Positions 1 to 8,619 of a DNA stretch of 59,762 bases are shown piece by piece. The notes beneath the pieces are model-generated. The model was given only the letters and a program-made list of their open reading frames with translations, was not told the origin of the DNA and made no database searches. The DNA comes from Oligoflexales bacterium (GTDB lineage: Bacteria > Bdellovibrionota_B > Oligoflexia > Oligoflexales > Bog-1112), in NCBI GenBank assembly GCA_013215275.1, contig JABSRF010000002.1, positions 1-59,762 of the forward strand, written 5' to 3'. A program made the position numbers and the translations under genes. Numbering within the stretch: position 1 is the first letter of the stretch; each line of letters begins with the position of its first letter.

Positions 1-77
1 AAGGCATCCGTTTCTACCAAAATATAGCGTTCTGATCACACATGAATAGTGGGTAGAATATTTATTTGGAGTTACCT
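1..77. repeat. Left arm of a 77-bp perfect terminal inverted repeat (partner 59686-59762)
   Basis: I reverse-complemented positions 59686-59762 and they match positions 1-77 base for base. Identity stops at position 78 (t versus c). Confidence 0.97.
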
Positions 78-186
78 TAGAGAGGTAAAAACAAAAAATG
101 GTAATGGTTCAAATAAATTAAAAATTATTTGCTAAAGCAAATGCTTATCCAGTCGAATGAGTGGGTGAGATTATTGCTGAGATTGG

Positions 187-232
187 TGTGTAGAAGCTCC
201 TTATTAGAGCAATCTGGTGGAGCTTCTACACA
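187..232 (+). promoter_or_regulatory. 14-bp perfect inverted repeat (arms 187-200 and 219-232, 18-nt spacer) in the leader of the small ORF at 258
   Basis: tgtgtagaagctcc ... ggagcttctacaca are exact reverse complements. The repeat lies 26 nt upstream of the ATG at 258. No U-tract follows, so it could be an operator or an RNA stem-loop. Function is unknown. Confidence 0.5.
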
Positions 233-257
233 ATCTCTGGTAAAGAAAGGCTTAAAA

Positions 258-452
258 ATGCGTGTAGGAACCGTTATATCAGCACCAAATGAGTATAGTC
301 GTTTTGGCAGAATTTTAGATGGTACAGGAGTTGGCTATACCGTTGAAGCAGGTGACCTTCCTGAAGAGGTTGAAGAGGGAGATGAACTTGCTTACAAAGT
401 TGAAATCTGGGGTAACGATAGCGGCCTCGCTTTCGATCTCCAAGAAGACTAA
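258..452 (+). CDS. Small hypothetical protein (64 aa, acidic C-terminus)
   Basis: ATG at 258 is preceded by aaagaaagg (SD-like). The longer 129 start would read through the strong hairpin at 187-232. No recognisable domain. Confidence 0.5.
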   Translation: MRVGTVISAPNEYSRFGRILDGTGVGYTVEAGDLPEEVEEGDELAYKVEIWGNDSGLAFDLQED

Positions 453-455
453 TTG

Positions 456-494
456 GGCAAAAAAAAGGAGGCGAAAAGAATACTTTATCGCCTC
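456..494 (-). terminator. Rho-independent terminator of the pyrophosphatase gene (possibly bidirectional)
   Basis: Stem gaggcga/tcgcctc (468-474 and 488-494), extended by aaag/cttt. On the minus strand it is followed by a run of T (reverse complement of aaaaaaaa at 458-466). It sits between convergent genes. Confidence 0.7.
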
Positions 495-523
495 ACCTGT
501 ATTATAGCACTAGTGCTCTATGA

Positions 524-2662
524 TTAGAAGCCTAGGGCTCCCACAAGCCAGACATGAGCCATTTTGATAAATGGAGCAAACACCAGGCTAAGAATCGCCA
601 TTAGTTTCATTAGAATATTTAAAGAAGGTCCAGACGTATCTTTCATTGGGTCACCTACGGTGTCTCCAACGACAGCAGCTTTGTGGGTTTCAGAGCCTTT
701 TCCGCCATGAACTCCAGTCTCAATGTATTTTTTAGCATTATCCCAAGCGCCACCTGAGTTTGAAGAAGAGATTGCCATGACTAAGCCCACGGCAATGGCA
801 CCAGCAAGCAAGCCGGCGAGTGCTTCAATGCCAAACAAAATGCCGAACACCAAAGGAGTTGCCATAACTAAAACCCCAGGTGCTATCATTTCTTTGAGGG
901 CAGCTGCGGTTGAGATACTGACGCAACGCTTGTAGTCGGGCTTACCCTTACCTTCCATAATGCCGGGAATGGTTTTGAACTGATGCCTAACTTCTTCAAT
1001 CATTGCAAAAGCTGCAACACCCACAGCACGCATCGTTTGTGCTGTGAAAAGCATTGGCAAAGCTGTACCCGCAAGCAAGCCAGCAAAAACCAGAGGACTC
1101 AATAAGTTTAACGAATCAATTCCAGCGGTTGTCAAAAAGGCAGCAAAGAGTGCCAAGCCTGTTAAAACAGCTGAGCCGATCGCAAACCCCTTACCAATGG
1201 CAGCTGTTGTGTTACCTGCGGCATCAAGGATGTCCGTACGAGTGCGCACAACTTTTTCAAGCTCACACATCTCAGCAATACCCCCTGCATTATCAGATAC
1301 AGGGCCATAAGCATCAATGGTTAAGCCAACGGCTATGGTTGAGATCATGCCAATTGCAGCCATGGCAATGCCATACATTCCAGCAAAATGCCAAGAAAAA
1401 TAAACCACAAGTGCAATCACTAGAACCGGTACTACTGTGGATTTATAACCTAGGCTGAGACCATAAATAATATTTGTAGCGGAGCCAGTCTTTGAGGCTG
1501 ACGCCACTTCACGAACTGGAGAGTAGGTGTGTGAGGTGTAGTATTCAGTGACAAAGCCAATAAGTAAGCCTCCCCAGAGACCGGAAAGGATTGAGGTTAA
1601 AACTCCATTTTGGGTGATGACCTTAGCTCCGAGGGTAAATTCAGGAACCATGGTAAAGCGGGTTGCAAAGTATACAGCCAGAGTCATTAGGACCGTGGAA
1701 ATAATCAGCTGTAACTTAAGGGTTTTTTCTACATCTGTGGCTTTGTCACCTACCTTAGCCATAAATGCTGTGATTAAGCAGACAGGAATTCCAACTGCAG
1801 ATACCAAAATTGGGTAGTATAAAGCCTCAACTGAATTAGAGATTGCGCCTGCTGAGGCTCCAATCACAAGAGCAGCGCAAGTCGCTTCCGCTAATGAACC
1901 AAATAAGTCTGCCCCCATACCAGCGATATCACCGACATTGTCACCCACGTTGTCAGCAATAACAGCGGGGTTTCGTGGGTCATCTTCGGGAATTCCAGCT
2001 TCTACCTTACCCACTAAGTCAGCGCCAACATCTGCTGCTTTTGTGAAGATTCCTCCCCCAACACGGCCAAATAGGGCTACGGTGGAGCCTCCTAAGCCGA
2101 AGCCTGCAACCAGCTCCATGGCGACATGAATATCAGCAAGAAAGCGGGAGTAAGCAATACAGATACAGATCAAACCAAACACGGCTAGACCACAGAGGCC
2201 AAAGCCCATGACAGCGCCACTATGAAATGCGACCTTAAACGCAGGAGCAATTCCTTGCCGAGCTTTGATGGTGGTTCTGACATTTCCTCTGGTAGCAATG
2301 TTCATACCAAGAAACGCTGCTAAACTGGAGGTGAATGCTCCAAGTAAGAAAGCAACAGCTGAGTAGACACCAGAATATGGTACGTCTTTGTACACCTGGC
2401 CTACCGCCAAGTAGAGTAAGACTGCAAAAAACAAGCAAAATATGCCGACGTAACGATACTCTGATACCAAAAACGCCTGAGCACCTTCTTGAATAGCGCC
2501 CGAGATTTCTTTAAACCTGTTGACTTCTTCCGGCTTACCTTCGATGGGAACAGCAAGAACTTTTTGAGCGTAGATAAATGCAGCCAACAGAGCCACTGCT
2601 GCACAAGCAAATATGATGTAGATAGCCAAAATAAAACCCCTATACGTTTCGTAATATCTCAA
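524..2662 (-). CDS. hppA: Membrane-bound K+-dependent-type ion-translocating pyrophosphatase (V-PPase)
   Basis: Motifs [38 protein letters not shown] and [16 protein letters not shown]. Ala rather than Lys in GNTT(A/K)A marks the K+-dependent clade. About 16 hydrophobic segments. The start is TTG at 2662; an alternative TTG 33 nt downstream has a better SD (agggg). Confidence 0.95.
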   Translation of the reverse strand: MRYYETYRGFILAIYIIFACAAVALLAAFIYAQKVLAVPIEGKPEEVNRFKEISGAIQEGAQAFLVSEYRYVGIFCLFFAVLLYLAVGQVYKDVPYSGVYSAVAFLLGAFTSSLAAFLGMNIATRGNVRTTIKARQGIAPAFKVAFHSGAVMGFGLCGLAVFGLICICIAYSRFLADIHVAMELVAGFGLGGSTVALFGRVGGGIFTKAADVGADLVGKVEAGIPEDDPRNPAVIADNVGDNVGDIAGMGADLFGSLAEATCAALVIGASAGAISNSVEALYYPILVSAVGIPVCLITAFMAKVGDKATDVEKTLKLQLIISTVLMTLAVYFATRFTMVPEFTLGAKVITQNGVLTSILSGLWGGLLIGFVTEYYTSHTYSPVREVASASKTGSATNIIYGLSLGYKSTVVPVLVIALVVYFSWHFAGMYGIAMAAIGMISTIAVGLTIDAYGPVSDNAGGIAEMCELEKVVRTRTDILDAAGNTTAAIGKGFAIGSAVLTGLALFAAFLTTAGIDSLNLLSPLVFAGLLAGTALPMLFTAQTMRAVGVAAFAMIEEVRHQFKTIPGIMEGKGKPDYKRCVSISTAAALKEMIAPGVLVMATPLVFGILFGIEALAGLLAGAIAVGLVMAISSSNSGGAWDNAKKYIETGVHGGKGSETHKAAVVGDTVGDPMKDTSGPSLNILMKLMAILSLVFAPFIKMAHVWLVGALGF

Positions 2663-2812
2663 TCATGTGTCGAACCTTGCTGTTATGACTCTGTTTGACT
2701 TTGAAGGCAAGCGAAAATTAATGGCGGATTGAGATAAATCTTAAAATATTAGATTGTTATCCTGGGCTGATTCCCTGCTAGAGGGCAATGGAAAATGATG
2801 GGCAAGGTTTTG

Positions 2813-2853
2813 CGGTTATTTTAGTGATGAGGAGGTCATCACTAAAATAACCG
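2813..2853 (-). terminator. Perfect 18-bp hairpin with 5-nt loop immediately 3' of the K-rich protein gene
   Basis: cggttattttagtgatga-ggagg-tcatcactaaaataaccg. It lies 7 nt after the stop at 2860. No clear U-tract on either strand, so it may be a terminator or an mRNA-stabilising stem. Confidence 0.55.
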
Positions 2854-2859
2854 TATAGA

Positions 2860-3294
2860 CTACTTAGTTCGAGATCTTTTTGCAGTAGACCTTTTGACCG
2901 AGCTTGTACGCCTTGTCGAAGAAGTTTTTGCACTAGACTTTCTTCTTGCTGGCTTGCGAGTGGCCTTTTTAGGTGCTGCTTTGGCTCTTTTCGCAGTTTT
3001 GCGAGTGGCTTTCTTTTTAGTAGCTTTTTTCTTAGTGGTTTTCTTAGTAGCAGCTTTACGAGTCGTTTTTTTCTTAGTGGCTTTCTTTTTAGTAGCTTTT
3101 TTCTTTGTAGTTTTTTTCTTAGCAGCAGTTTTGCGAGTAGCTTTTTTCTTTGTAGTTTTCTTTTTAGTAGCTTTTTTTGCTACTGTTTTTTTCTTTGTAG
3201 TTTTTTTCTTAGCAGCAGTTTTGCGAGTAGCCTTCTTCTTTGTAGCTTTTTTCTTAGTGGTTTTCTTTTTAGTAGCTTTTTTGCGACCGACCAT
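2860..3294 (-). CDS. Histone H1 / Hc2-like polycationic protein (144 aa, almost only K, T, A, R)
   Basis: Translation is MVGRKKATKKKTTKKKATKKKATRKTAAKKK... with no D, E or aromatic residue. ATG at 3294 has an aaggaga SD 6 nt upstream. The annotated 3315 start adds 7 residues without an SD. Confidence 0.8.
   Translation of the reverse strand: MVGRKKATKKKTTKKKATKKKATRKTAAKKKTTKKKTVAKKATKKKTTKKKATRKTAAKKKTTKKKATKKKATKKKTTRKAATKKTTKKKATKKKATRKTAKRAKAAPKKATRKPARRKSSAKTSSTRRTSSVKRSTAKRSRTK
3097..3231. repeat. Intragenic 90-bp-period repeat: identical 45-bp copies at 3097-3141 and 3187-3231
   Basis: ttttttctttgtagtttttttcttagcagcagttttgcgagtagc occurs twice exactly. A partial third copy (gcagttttgcgagtggc) lies near 2993. 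Confidence 0.9.
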
Positions 3295-3702
3295 ACAACG
3301 TCTCCTTAAGATCATTAGTCAAGATTTAGACATACCCACAATGGTGTTAACCATCACCTACCAATATTTAAGGTCGGTTGAATATGTATAAAATTTAGCG
3401 AAAAGAAACTTTTTTTCCAAATTTTTTTTGGGGGATAATCACTGGGAGTGCATGACGATCCAAGATTGCAGACTTATTTGTGTTTTAAATACAGAGGTTT
3501 AGTGTAAGTGTGCTAGCATGTTAGCAGCAGATTCAAGAAGAAAATAAAAGCAAATTTCATGTAAAAAAAGTTGTCTAAATTCCATCTGTTTTTTCGTCTA
3601 TTTTTTTCAGCTAGCGAAAGTTTTTTTTCACCGGAGCTTTTTTTGTCTTTAACTGACACCAGGTTCGTCCGAAGCTTGTCATGTGATAGGGAGATTGAAG
3701 TT

Positions 3703-4674
3703 ATGACTGTTAGTGAAAGTAGTAAAAAAAATGAACAAAACTATGTTCTGATTGTAGAGGATGAAGCAGATCTAAGGAATATTATAGGTGTTCATGCTCA
3801 GTCGATTGGGATTATGCCAAGGTATGCGGCCGATGGAAAAGAAGCTCTTAGGGTCCTTGAGTCTCAAGTTACTGACTTTATTATTTCTGATTTGGTTATG
3901 CCAGGGATGAGTGGGCTTGCATTGCTCGAGGAGGTTCGCAGGCGTGGTTCGAACATACCCTTTCTAGTCCTGAGTGGTCATGCAGAAAAAGAATTGGTGC
4001 TCTCAAGCCTCCGCCTTGGGGCCTTTGATTACTTGGAGAAGCCTTTTGATAACAGTGCTTTAAAGTCTATGATGCTAGAGGCTTTAAAAATTGCATCTGC
4101 CGATGCTGGCTCAGCTTCCTCTCGCATCCTTCCAGCTTTAGAGGATTCAAATGGTCAAGATGAGAAGCTAAAATCCAAACTAGATGACTATGTGGTTTCC
4201 CGTCTAAAGACTTTAAACAATTCAAAAAACCGGCAATCTGATAAAATAACTCCCCACACCCCGGAGTCCGAATTGAGCCGGGAGCAACTGGTGTTAAAAG
4301 GGTTCATCAGCGAATCCCTTTCTCAGCTTGAGCACACTGAGAAGGCTATGAGAAGCCTTAGCAGTGGTGACCCATGCAATTGGGAACTCGGCTATATGAA
4401 CCGAGTTATGAGTGGCATACTTGCTGCCTTAGAGCCTCTCAATCAGAATGAGATAAGGGCTCTTGTCAAAGGTATGAATCAATGCTTTTCTCTATATAGA
4501 ATTCGAACGAGTATGCTGACCCAAAGGGAGTTGACCATCCTAAAAAGGGCTCACAAGATCCTGATGCTTAAAATTGAAAGCCTTGGTGAAGAGTTGGAGG
4601 GTAAGTCGCCTTATCCAATGAGCGAGGATATCAAAGCAGTCATCTCCGACCTTAGAATTTGCATTAGCCTTTAA
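3703..4674 (+). CDS. Response regulator: receiver domain plus a helical C-terminal domain of about 190 aa with unknown function
   Basis: VLIVEDEADLRN...DFIISDLVMPGMSG...LSGH...GAFDYLEKPF is a canonical CheY-like REC domain. ATG at 3703 follows gggag. The upstream F-rich extension from 3571 is implausible. Confidence 0.85.
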   Translation: MTVSESSKKNEQNYVLIVEDEADLRNIIGVHAQSIGIMPRYAADGKEALRVLESQVTDFIISDLVMPGMSGLALLEEVRRRGSNIPFLVLSGHAEKELVLSSLRLGAFDYLEKPFDNSALKSMMLEALKIASADAGSASSRILPALEDSNGQDEKLKSKLDDYVVSRLKTLNNSKNRQSDKITPHTPESELSREQLVLKGFISESLSQLEHTEKAMRSLSSGDPCNWELGYMNRVMSGILAALEPLNQNEIRALVKGMNQCFSLYRIRTSMLTQRELTILKRAHKILMLKIESLGEELEGKSPYPMSEDIKAVISDLRICISL

Positions 4675-6871
4675 TATTATTGCCATTTAGTAAATCTATA
4701 ACGGCTTTAACCCTAGGTGATACAGGGTCCAGGTTGAGCGGTTTGCTTGGCCTTGGCTTTTCGTCCTTTTCTTTGAAGCTTGGAGATAGAGTGGGTGTTG
4801 GGTTTGGTTTTTCACCGTTTTGATCTTCGAAGTGATTGCCTGCGTCACTTTTGGGGCTTTTTTGCTGCACGAACGCGGTTATTTGCCCTAAACCGGCCCC
4901 GCGTAAAAAGGCACTAAGCTCTGAATCCCTAAAAAAGAGAATGTGCCTAGCCGAATCTGGCAAGTTCTTGAGACAGCTGATCAGTCGATCGACTTGTAAG
5001 GAATCCATATTGATAAGAGGGATGCGCCAAACACAAAACGTTTCGTAAACCCAGTCCTTGGAGAATGCTGGGAATATTTTGAGTGAGGTGATGTGATTTT
5101 GTAAAAAAGTTAGCGACTTAAGTAATCTAAACTTTTCAAATAAAGGTGCGATCCTTGCGTCAGATATTGGGATAGGGTTTTTTAGATCCAATTTTTTGAA
5201 TTGCTTGTTCCATTCTTCCTGGCATCCTTCGAGCTTCGCGTCGAGGCTATTCCTAATTTGAAGGTTGACCTCTATTTCTAACTGGTTAGCTTCAATAAGG
5301 GCTAATTTTGACTGTTTTTCTTTCTGATAGCGGATCACATTTTGAGCTTCACTTAAGATAATCTGGGGATTGTCCAGATTTATCATTTTTTGGCTACCAA
5401 TTGTTTCGTACCACTCGTACAGAAGTTTCTGTAGTTTTCCAAATTTGACACCCCTAGATTTTATCTCAGTGTTTAACTCTTTAGACTTTTGCATGATGAT
5501 AAAAAGCTCGTTGTAACGCAATATGAACTGTAGGAATTCATGCAAACTAATAGATTCATCGATCTGGTAGTCAGCGCAGATCTTTTGCCAATGTTTTATT
5601 AAGGTTTCTCTCTTGCTAATTGATTGCTTTAAAAATTCCTCCAATGTTTTGGGGGCAGTCTCAGAAAACTGTTTTGGAGGGTTTATATTGTGTAAGGTGT
5701 AGATTGTTTCATCTAAGCTTTTTATAATGGATCCAAGATCATCGCTAACTGCTTCGTTCTTGTTTTGCTTTTTTCCGGTGATGAGTTTTATTTGATGCCA
5801 AATAGATGACTCTTCTTCAGGGCTAATTTCCTTGATCTTCTCGACACTGTTCTTTCTATGTATTGTTTCTCTGCAGCTTTTAAGCTGAGCTAGTATCCGA
5901 CTGCGTATTTCATGAAATTCTTTGCTATCATGCTCATAGAATTTGATGGATTCATTGAAATGGTTTTGAATTTGCTCCAAGCTTTGCTTTAGGAGTGGGA
6001 TTACTCTATCGAGTACATTAAGGTAGCATAAGCATTGTAATGGAACATTCCAGTCAGGAGGTAAAGTTGATTTCGGTACAACAGGAATTTTAAGCGTTTC
6101 TAGGTTTTTCTGAATTTTATTTTCACCAATTCTTAGCTGTTTTCTGAGGTTCTCAAGGGAGGGGTTGGCGTCTAATATTTCATTCGTTAGATTTGCGATT
6201 TTTTGCATCAGATTGACTTGCTTTTTTAGTTCGTCAATTTCTATAGCGGTGTCCCTTGGCTTATTATCCTTTTTATTGGTTATCGTGCTCATTTGACTGA
6301 CTGTTTCTAGATAACTACTATAGACAGGTTCGAGCTTTTCGCACAATGATTCTAATATATGCTGTTGGCCTAGAGAGTCGCTACCAAAACTATAGTGGCA
6401 TGCCTCCAAGATTTTGTTGATATGAGAGCTAATAAACCTATAGACCATTTGGTCTTCTTCGTTGTGATGATTTAAAGGGGCTATATAAAAGCAATCCTCG
6501 CGCTTGGTGAAGTGATAGCGCCCAATTGAAAAGGGTAGAGACTTGCCACTTTCGGTCAGCATTTTAAAGTAGTCACTAATTGAAATATTCTTAGTTTCGT
6601 TATTACGTAAAATAATGTACTTATTTTTTCTCCTCCTTAGCTCCCACAGTACCCCTGCATCGTCAGCTATGATGAGAGAAGATTCATAGTAATCAATTCC
6701 AGACTCAGGGCCAAGGACTGCAAAGCTTAAAGCTTGGTTCACATTTTGATAAAGGTTATTATCTCCTACCAGAAAGTATGAGTTTTGAAAGGAGCCGGTC
6801 CCTTGTTGAAAGCGTAATATAAAAGGAGGTTTATCTGGATTTTGTTTTGCTGAAATACTAATAACTCTCAA
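4664..6871 (-). CDS. Large coiled-coil hypothetical protein (735 aa), possibly a degenerate SMC/YhaN-like ABC-ATPase fold
   Basis: TTG start with an aggag SD 7 nt upstream. A long heptad-like, K/E/Q/L-rich centre. The N-terminus (MRVISIS...YFLVGDNNLYQNVNQALSFAVLG) and C-terminus (IPLINMDSL...ARHILFFRDSE) resemble RecF/SMC head motifs, but the Walker A GKS/T is missing. Confidence 0.75.
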   Translation of the reverse strand: MRVISISAKQNPDKPPFILRFQQGTGSFQNSYFLVGDNNLYQNVNQALSFAVLGPESGIDYYESSLIIADDAGVLWELRRRKNKYIILRNNETKNISISDYFKMLTESGKSLPFSIGRYHFTKREDCFYIAPLNHHNEEDQMVYRFISSHINKILEACHYSFGSDSLGQQHILESLCEKLEPVYSSYLETVSQMSTITNKKDNKPRDTAIEIDELKKQVNLMQKIANLTNEILDANPSLENLRKQLRIGENKIQKNLETLKIPVVPKSTLPPDWNVPLQCLCYLNVLDRVIPLLKQSLEQIQNHFNESIKFYEHDSKEFHEIRSRILAQLKSCRETIHRKNSVEKIKEISPEEESSIWHQIKLITGKKQNKNEAVSDDLGSIIKSLDETIYTLHNINPPKQFSETAPKTLEEFLKQSISKRETLIKHWQKICADYQIDESISLHEFLQFILRYNELFIIMQKSKELNTEIKSRGVKFGKLQKLLYEWYETIGSQKMINLDNPQIILSEAQNVIRYQKEKQSKLALIEANQLEIEVNLQIRNSLDAKLEGCQEEWNKQFKKLDLKNPIPISDARIAPLFEKFRLLKSLTFLQNHITSLKIFPAFSKDWVYETFCVWRIPLINMDSLQVDRLISCLKNLPDSARHILFFRDSELSAFLRGAGLGQITAFVQQKSPKSDAGNHFEDQNGEKPNPTPTLSPSFKEKDEKPRPSKPLNLDPVSPRVKAVIDLLNGNNIKG

Positions 6872-6891
6872 AATAGATCTCCTGTTTCTAC

Positions 6892-8205
6892 ATGCATATG
6901 CTAAGGTATTTTTGTTTAAAACCGATCGTATTGGTATTGGAAACTGAAACCCTAGTGAAAGTGGTGAATTCCTTTATGAGTCATGAGATTTTTAGAAATA
7001 TCACGAGCTACGATCAAGATACCTTCACGCAAGTTACCAAACATTATGGTTATGTTTCGGCAGCAGTTTATCGTCTTCTTGGTAAAAAACTAATCTTTGT
7101 TTTGGGTTCGGAGTTAGAAGGAGAGAAGCCATGGCCTCCTACTGCTACCTTTTCCTCTGATTATACACCTAGAAAAGGAGCAGGGTTGCCACTCGGGTGG
7201 ATTAAGCCTCCTTTTCAGACCGATACTAGGAAAATATGGCCTAAGGGGGTGAGCTTTTATTTCCCAGCTCAAGAGTGGTCTGCAACTAAACTTATTTTTG
7301 TTGTTAGAAATGCTGTGGGTAAAAGAACTAAAATTGGAGACTTAGACGGCCCTCTAGAGGCCTTAGGTGCTGGTGTTTGTGCCTCTATTGACCAAGGTGA
7401 GATGCGTCAGTTTGTGAGTGAAGCTCATAATTTAGAACAAATGGAGAGAGTTACCATCGATTTGCAGTTGATGATAGATCATGAGCTGCGGACCCCCTTA
7501 ACCTCAGCAGTAGGCTTTGCTGAATTGTTGCTTGATCCTAGTCAAAGCAAAGAACAAGAGCAAGTGAAGGATTACAGTAAAACTATTTTAGATGAGTCAA
7601 ATAAGGCTCTCAGGGCAGTCGGTAAGCTAACAGACTTATTCAAGATGCATTGGAGCCCTGAGGATAATTCCAAAGTGATAGAGTCCATCGATATGAGCGA
7701 GGTTTGCTCTGAAGTCTTTGATATTGTTAAAAAAGATTCAGAAAAATGGTCTGTCCCGATCGGTACTAATAATCAGCTGTATATAAGCTTTAGAAAACCA
7801 TCTGATCAGCGCTTACTTATCAAAGGTCATTTGCCATTAATTCGTAATGCAATCTTTGAAGTGGTAAAAAATGCGGTGATGTATTCAGGGCATGGTAAAG
7901 TGAGCATGACACTCTATCAGTCTGAAGACTCTGTGGTTGTGGATATTGAGGATGATGGTGTAGGAGTTTCACAGGGTGCTGAAGAGTTGATTTTCTTGCG
8001 GTTTTTTCAAGGTCCTTTGGATCGAAGCATGAAGAAGGTAAAAAGAGGTTTAGGTGTAGGTCTATATATAGCGCGCTGCATCAGTGAGCAGCACGGAGGC
8101 AGCTTAAGGTTTATCAGAGGAGCAGGGCGCAGCGGACTGTTTAGGTTTATCCTACCCCTTGAAGTAGACGTTGAGAATCAGGTTAGTCTTACGCAAACAG
8201 GCTGA
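6892..8205 (+). CDS. Cytoplasmic sensor histidine kinase
   Basis: H-box IDHELRTPLTSAVGFAELL, N-box IRNAIFEVVKNAVMYS, G1 DIEDDGVGV, G2 GLGVGLYIARCI. No transmembrane segment. The start is uncertain: 6892 is only 20 nt from the divergent gene, and 6898 or 6976 are alternatives. Confidence 0.88.
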   Translation: MHMLRYFCLKPIVLVLETETLVKVVNSFMSHEIFRNITSYDQDTFTQVTKHYGYVSAAVYRLLGKKLIFVLGSELEGEKPWPPTATFSSDYTPRKGAGLPLGWIKPPFQTDTRKIWPKGVSFYFPAQEWSATKLIFVVRNAVGKRTKIGDLDGPLEALGAGVCASIDQGEMRQFVSEAHNLEQMERVTIDLQLMIDHELRTPLTSAVGFAELLLDPSQSKEQEQVKDYSKTILDESNKALRAVGKLTDLFKMHWSPEDNSKVIESIDMSEVCSEVFDIVKKDSEKWSVPIGTNNQLYISFRKPSDQRLLIKGHLPLIRNAIFEVVKNAVMYSGHGKVSMTLYQSEDSVVVDIEDDGVGVSQGAEELIFLRFFQGPLDRSMKKVKRGLGVGLYIARCISEQHGGSLRFIRGAGRSGLFRFILPLEVDVENQVSLTQTG

Positions 8206-8223
8206 GAGTACTGAGGGACGGTG

Positions 8224-8601
8224 ATGAGCGAAGTTTTAGTGGTAGAGGATGAAGAGCACATCCAAAGGCTTGTAAAAATTGTCCTAGAAAAAAATGGGCA
8301 TAATGTAAGCACGGCAGACACGGGAGAAGAAGCGCTCGAGAAGCTCGAAGGTGGCCTTAAGCTTCAGCTCATTCTACTAGATATCATGATGCCGGGAATC
8401 GATGGCTTACAAGTCCTTCGCAAAGTTAAGAGTAATCAATTGACTAAAGACATACCAGTCGTTATGCTCACCGCATTGGCGCAAGAAAGCGTGGTCTTAC
8501 AGGGAATAAAGCTTGGAGCTAAAGGCTATATCCGCAAGCCCTTTCACCCTAAAGACCTTGTAGAACGTGTCACTTCTTTTTTGAGTGAAGATCAAAACTA
8601 A
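8224..8601 (+). CDS. Single-domain CheY-like response regulator
   Basis: VLVVEDEEHI...LLDIMMPGIDG...MLTA...KLGAKGYIRKPF. SD gaggga lies 5 nt before ATG 8224 (GTG 8221 is also in frame). Confidence 0.9.
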   Translation: MSEVLVVEDEEHIQRLVKIVLEKNGHNVSTADTGEEALEKLEGGLKLQLILLDIMMPGIDGLQVLRKVKSNQLTKDIPVVMLTALAQESVVLQGIKLGAKGYIRKPFHPKDLVERVTSFLSEDQN

Positions 8602-8619
8602 TCAACAGGCTGAAAAATT

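Noticed and set aside
2894-3391. 165-aa + strand ORF rich in F, V, A and L, opposite the K-rich gene
   Set aside because: It is the mirror translation of an AAR/ACN/GCN-rich coding strand. It has no SD, whereas the minus-strand frame has a strong SD and a 3' hairpin. The same logic applies to the minus-strand ORFs 57127-57315 and 57164-57346, opposite the HU tail.
3571-3702. N-terminal extensions offered by the ORF track (3571 for the response regulator, 26879 for tadA, 15025 for the receiver, 34925 for tuf, 39530 for rplL, 49624 for fusA, 3315 for the K-rich protein)
   Set aside because: In each case an internal ATG gives the canonical conserved N-terminus. Most have a better SD: 3703 (gggag), 34937 and 39557 (ggagga), 3294 (aaggaga). 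26786 is supported by removal of the 89-nt gene overlap and 14938 by the canonical REC N-terminus, not by an SD. The extensions are low-complexity or overlap neighbouring genes.
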